Positions 27,438 through 32,000 of a DNA stretch of 32,000 nucleotides are shown here, in pieces. Below the pieces are notes generated by a model. It was not told the origin of the DNA, searched no databases, and was given only the letters and a program-made list of their open reading frames with translations. Numbering within the stretch: position 1 is the stretch's first letter; the number at the start of each line of letters is the position of its first letter. This stretch comes from Escherichia coli (GTDB lineage Bacteria; Pseudomonadota; Gammaproteobacteria; Enterobacterales; Enterobacteriaceae): assembly GCF_050218735.1 (NCBI RefSeq), contig NZ_CP189734.1; one strand, written 5' to 3'. The translations under genes and the position numbers were made by a program.

Positions 27438-28940
27438 ATGAGCGAACCCCTGTTAATTGCCCGCACGCCGGACACAGAACTGTTTTTACTGCCGGGAATG
27501 GCTAACCGTCACGGGCTGATTACTGGCGCAACGGGGACGGGTAAAACCGTTACGCTGCAAAAACTGGCGGAGTCATTGTCGGAAATCGGCGTGCCGGTGT
27601 TTATGGCTGATGTGAAAGGCGATCTGACCGGTATCGCGCAGGCAGGAACGGCGTCGGAAAAACTGCTCGCAAGGCTTAAAAATATCGGCGTCAATGACTG
27701 GCAACCGCATGCCAATCCGGTGGTGGTGTGGGATATCTTTGGCGAGAAAGGCCATCCGGTGCGGGCGACGGTTTCAGACCTGGGGCCGCTGTTGCTGGCG
27801 CGGCTGTTGAATCTCAACGATGTGCAATCTGGCGTGCTGAATATCATCTTCCGCATTGCTGACGATCAGGGGCTGTTACTGCTCGACTTTAAAGATTTGC
27901 GGGCGATTACCCAGTACATCGGCAATAACGCCAAATCTTTCCAGAATCAGTACGGTAATATTAGTAGCGCATCGGTTGGTGCCATCCAGCGCGGGCTGTT
28001 ATCGCTGGAACAGCAAGGCGCAGCACACTTCTTTGGCGAGCCGATGCTGGATATCAAAGACTGGATGCGCACCGATACCAACGGTAAAGGCGTTATCAAT
28101 ATCCTCAGCGCCGAGAAGCTTTATCAGATGCCGAAACTGTACGCCGCCAGCCTGCTGTGGATGCTTTCAGAGTTGTATGAACAATTGCCGGAAGCAGGCG
28201 ATCTGGAGAAACCAAAACTGGTGTTTTTCTTCGACGAGGCACATCTGCTGTTTAACGATGCACCGCAGGTACTGCTGGATAAGATTGAGCAGGTGATACG
28301 GCTTATTCGCTCAAAAGGCGTAGGCGTCTGGTTCGTTTCGCAAAACCCGTCTGATATTCCGGATAATGTGCTCGGGCAGCTCGGTAATCGCGTTCAACAC
28401 GCTTTACGTGCTTTTACGCCCAAAGATCAGAAAGCGGTAAAAGCTGCGGCGCAAACCATGCGGGCCAATCCGGCATTTGATACCGAAAAGGCAATCCAGG
28501 AACTGGGGACCGGCGAGGCGTTAATCTCGTTTCTTGATGTGAAAGGAAGTCCTTCAGTGGTGGAACGGGCGATGGTGATTGCGCCTTGTTCGCGGATGGG
28601 ACCGGTGACGGAAGATGAGCGTAATGGCTTGATTAATCACTCTCCGGTGTATGGCAAGTACGAGGATGAGGTGGACCGGGAATCCGCCTATGAGATGTTG
28701 CAAAAAGGCGTACAGGCAAGCGCCGAGCAGCAAAATAATCCCCCCGCGAAAGGGAAAGAGGTGGCGGTGGATGACGGCATTCTTGGTGGATTAAAGGATA
28801 TTTTGTTTGGCACTACCGGACCACGCGGCGGGAAGAAAGATGGTGTGGTGCAAACAATGGCGAAAAGCGCCGCCCGCCAGGTGACGAATCAGATTGTACG
28901 CGGGATGTTGGGGAGTTTGCTGGGGGGAAGAAGAAGGTAA
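27438..28940 (+). CDS. yjgR: HerA-like helicase/ATPase (DUF853) YjgR
   Basis: Walker [17 protein letters not shown], Walker [13 protein letters not shown]. Confidence 0.95.
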   Translation: MSEPLLIARTPDTELFLLPGMANRHGLITGATGTGKTVTLQKLAESLSEIGVPVFMADVKGDLTGIAQAGTASEKLLARLKNIGVNDWQPHANPVVVWDIFGEKGHPVRATVSDLGPLLLARLLNLNDVQSGVLNIIFRIADDQGLLLLDFKDLRAITQYIGNNAKSFQNQYGNISSASVGAIQRGLLSLEQQGAAHFFGEPMLDIKDWMRTDTNGKGVINILSAEKLYQMPKLYAASLLWMLSELYEQLPEAGDLEKPKLVFFFDEAHLLFNDAPQVLLDKIEQVIRLIRSKGVGVWFVSQNPSDIPDNVLGQLGNRVQHALRAFTPKDQKAVKAAAQTMRANPAFDTEKAIQELGTGEALISFLDVKGSPSVVERAMVIAPCSRMGPVTEDERNGLINHSPVYGKYEDEVDRESAYEMLQKGVQASAEQQNNPPAKGKEVAVDDGILGGLKDILFGTTGPRGGKKDGVVQTMAKSAARQVTNQIVRGMLGSLLGGRRR

Positions 28941-29032
28941 GTCAGGTGCGGTCTGTGCCCCTCACCCTAACCCTCTCCCCAAAGGGGCGAGGGGACCGAT
29001 CGAACTCGTATTTGACTTTATCAACAATGTGA

Positions 29033-29052
29033 AAGGGAGCTTTCGCTCCCTT
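29033..29052. terminator. Putative terminator hairpin between yjgR and lptG (convergent)
   Basis: aagggagc-tttc-gctccctt perfect 8-bp stem. Confidence 0.55.
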
Positions 29053-29058
29053 GCTTGG

Positions 29059-30144
29059 TTACGATTTTCTCATTAACAGCCACAGGCTGATTAAGAAGAA
29101 GCTGGCGCTTGGCAACAGTGCGCCGATGATCGGCGGGATGCCATAAACCAACGTCAGCGGGCCGAAGATCTGGTCCAGTACGTAGAAGACAAAACCGAAG
29201 CTGATACCGGTGACCACACGCACGCCCATCGGTACGCTACGCAGTGGGCCAAAGATGAACGACAGCGCCATCAGCATCATCACCGCCACGGATAGCGGCT
29301 GGAAGATTTTGCTCCACATATTGAGCTGATAACGTCCGGCATCCTGACCGCTCGACTTCAGATACTTCACGTAGTTGTGCAAACCGCTGATTGAGAGTGC
29401 ATCCGGGTCCAGCGCCACCACGCCCAGTTTGTCTGGCGTGAGGTTGGTTTTCCAGGTGCCGCTCACCGTCTGCGAACCGGTAATCTGTTTCGGATTGGTC
29501 AAATCAGATTCATCAACCTGCGACAGACGCCAGACTTTATGTTCCGGGTCAAACTTCGCAGTAGCGGCATAGCGTACGGATTGTAGACGACGATTCTCGT
29601 TAAAGGCATAAATGCTGATGCCACCTAACTCTTCGTCACCTTTAACCCGCTCAATGTAGACGAAGTTGTTGCCATCTTTTGCCCATAAGCCTTGCTGGGT
29701 AGAGAGCAACGAGCCGCCGTACATCGCCTGCGCACGGTAGTTACGCGCCATCTGCTCGCCCTGCGGCGCGACCCATTCACCAATCGCCATCGTCAGCAAG
29801 ACCAGCGGAATGGCGGTTTTCATCACCGACAGCGCCACCTGCATACGGGTAAAACCAGAAGCCTGCATCACCACCAGTTCGCTGCGCTGCGCCAGCATCC
29901 CAAGACCAAGCAACGCCCCAAGCAGAGCCGCCATCGGGAAGAAGATTTGCACATCTTTCGGCACGCTCAGCAAGGTATACATTCCTGCGCCTAACGCGTC
30001 GTAACTCCCCTGCCCGGCTTTTTTCAGCTGATCGACAAACTTGATAATGCCGGACAGCGACACCAGCATGAACAGCGTCATCATGATGGTGGTGAAAATA
30101 GTTTTACCGATATAGCGGTCAAGTACGCCAAAAGGTTGCATCAC
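29059..30144 (-). CDS. lptG: LPS export ABC transporter permease
   Basis: YjgP/YjgQ family (MQPFGVLDRYIGKTIFTTIMMTLFMLVSLSGIIKFVDQLKK...), overlaps the lptF stop by 4 nt. Confidence 0.97.
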   Translation of the reverse strand: MMQPFGVLDRYIGKTIFTTIMMTLFMLVSLSGIIKFVDQLKKAGQGSYDALGAGMYTLLSVPKDVQIFFPMAALLGALLGLGMLAQRSELVVMQASGFTRMQVALSVMKTAIPLVLLTMAIGEWVAPQGEQMARNYRAQAMYGGSLLSTQQGLWAKDGNNFVYIERVKGDEELGGISIYAFNENRRLQSVRYAATAKFDPEHKVWRLSQVDESDLTNPKQITGSQTVSGTWKTNLTPDKLGVVALDPDALSISGLHNYVKYLKSSGQDAGRYQLNMWSKIFQPLSVAVMMLMALSFIFGPLRSVPMGVRVVTGISFGFVFYVLDQIFGPLTLVYGIPPIIGALLPSASFFLISLWLLMRKS

Positions 30145-31241
30145 ACCGCTCCTTTACGCGAAAAACTGGCGCGCAGGCGGCGGACCGGCACAGTGTCCCA
30201 AAGGTTGAGAACAATCGCCAAAGCCAGATAAATCAGGTTAACGGTCCACATCCACAGCGTCGGGTCCAGCTTACCTTTACCACCGTTCGATTTCAGGGAG
30301 GTCTGGATCAGGAAGAAAAGTAGATACAGCAGCATGGCTGGCAGCATCGACAGTACGCGTCCCTGACGTGGGTTAACCACGCTCAGCGGTACGACCATAA
30401 GTGCCATCATAAACACGGTGAATACCAACGTGATACGCCAGTTCAGTTCTGCGCGGGCACGATCGGTGTCAGTGTTCCACAATGTACGCATGTCCATCTG
30501 GTCGGTATCGTTCGGGTCGAGCGCCACCGCCTGGTGACCAATGATCGCCTGATAATCCTGGAAATCCGTAATGCGGAAATCACGTAACAGTGCAGTGCCT
30601 TCGAAGCGCGTTCCCTGGTTGAGAGTGACGACCTGGGAGCCGTCGCGCAGCTGGGTTAAATGTCCGGAATCGGCCACCACCACAGAAGGACGTGCATTAC
30701 CTTTTGGTCGAATTTGCGCGAGGAACACATCTTTGAAATCGCTGCCGTCAACGCTTTCGATGAACAGCACCGAACTGCCATTAGTCGCTTGCTGGAATTG
30801 CCCTTGCGCCAGCGCCGCCATGCCAGGGTTCGCTTTCGCTTCTGCTAACACTTCATCCTGATGACGCGATGACCACGGTCCCGCCCACATCACGTTAACC
30901 GCCGCGACGATTGCCGTGAATACCGCAAGGATCATTGCCGCTTTCACCAGAACCGCTTTGCTCAGGCCGCAGGCATGCATTACCGTAATTTCACTTTCGG
31001 TATACAGTTTGCCCAGCGTCATCAGCAGCCCGAGGAACAGGCTTAATGGCAGGATAAGCTGCGCCATTTCCGGCACGCCCAACCCGAGAAGGGAGAGCAC
31101 CAGATTCGCCGGAATATCGCCGTCAACCGCTGCGCCGAGGATCCTCACTAACTTTTGACAGAAGAAGATCAAAAGCAAGATGAAGAGTATCGCCAGCTGG
31201 CTTTTGAGCGTCTCCCGCACCAGATATCTTATGATTATCAC
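30141..31241 (-). CDS. lptF: LPS export ABC transporter permease
   Basis: YjgP/YjgQ family (MIIIRYLVRETLKSQLAILFILLLIFFCQKLVRILGAAVDG...). Confidence 0.97.
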   Translation of the reverse strand: MIIIRYLVRETLKSQLAILFILLLIFFCQKLVRILGAAVDGDIPANLVLSLLGLGVPEMAQLILPLSLFLGLLMTLGKLYTESEITVMHACGLSKAVLVKAAMILAVFTAIVAAVNVMWAGPWSSRHQDEVLAEAKANPGMAALAQGQFQQATNGSSVLFIESVDGSDFKDVFLAQIRPKGNARPSVVVADSGHLTQLRDGSQVVTLNQGTRFEGTALLRDFRITDFQDYQAIIGHQAVALDPNDTDQMDMRTLWNTDTDRARAELNWRITLVFTVFMMALMVVPLSVVNPRQGRVLSMLPAMLLYLLFFLIQTSLKSNGGKGKLDPTLWMWTVNLIYLALAIVLNLWDTVPVRRLRASFSRKGAV

Positions 31242-31504
31242 TTTAAATACGCCCGTAAAAACTCGTCTTTTGCAGGATTTTAGCTTGTTTCATGGCTTAA
31301 ACGTCATTTATTCTCTTGAGTCGTCGAAATCGTCGCTAAGATAATTATACTCAACGGATTCACCTCTCAGATTTTGTTCTGACGTGCCAATGCCGTAATA
31401 ACGTTAAGATTAACACGAAGTCATCGCAACAGCGGACATGAGTTACGAAAGCTTGCAATTCTATCTGTAGCCACCGCCGTTGTCTTTAAGATTCAGGAGC
31501 GTAG

Positions 31505-32000
<496 letters not shown>

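Noticed and set aside
28950-29000. ccctcaccctaaccctctccccaaaggggcgagggga segment between yjgR and lptG, considered as a mobile or novel repeat
   Set aside because: Looks like a familiar intergenic palindromic repeat of enterobacterial genomes; no second copy in the window, so not claimed as a feature.

Overview
This 32 kb E. coli-type chromosomal window covers the leuX integration hotspot. Left to right it contains four parts. (1) ~1-10.0 kb: part of an accessory island with a type I R-M locus (hsdR 3' end, hsdM, hsdS), a poorly characterised two-gene unit (a 582 aa protein with a nitrilase/carbon-nitrogen hydrolase-like E-K-C signature plus an overlapping 88 aa ORF), a cytosolic 5'-nucleotidase-like gene, a type IV-like HNH endonuclease and a P4-type integrase. 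(2) ~10.02-21.03 kb: an apparently complete P4-family satellite prophage with crr, alpha, cnr, orf151, epsilon, kil, a cI-type immunity RNA leader, vis, ori iterons, a Delta/Ogr site, sid, delta, psu, the 19-bp P2/P4 cos sequence and int. A single AT-rich 565 aa P-loop ATPase/zinc-ribbon gene sits between cos and int, the known P4 cargo hotspot. (3) tRNA-Leu(CAA) leuX at 21009-21093, with a short imperfect att-like repeat at ~10017-10038. (4) Ordinary core genome: ahr, idnK, idnDOTR, yjgR, lptG, lptF, pepA. The best candidates for undescribed biology are the nitrilase-like/88 aa pair and the ATPase cargo gene. Functional statements about both are inference from protein motifs and genomic context; no searches were run.
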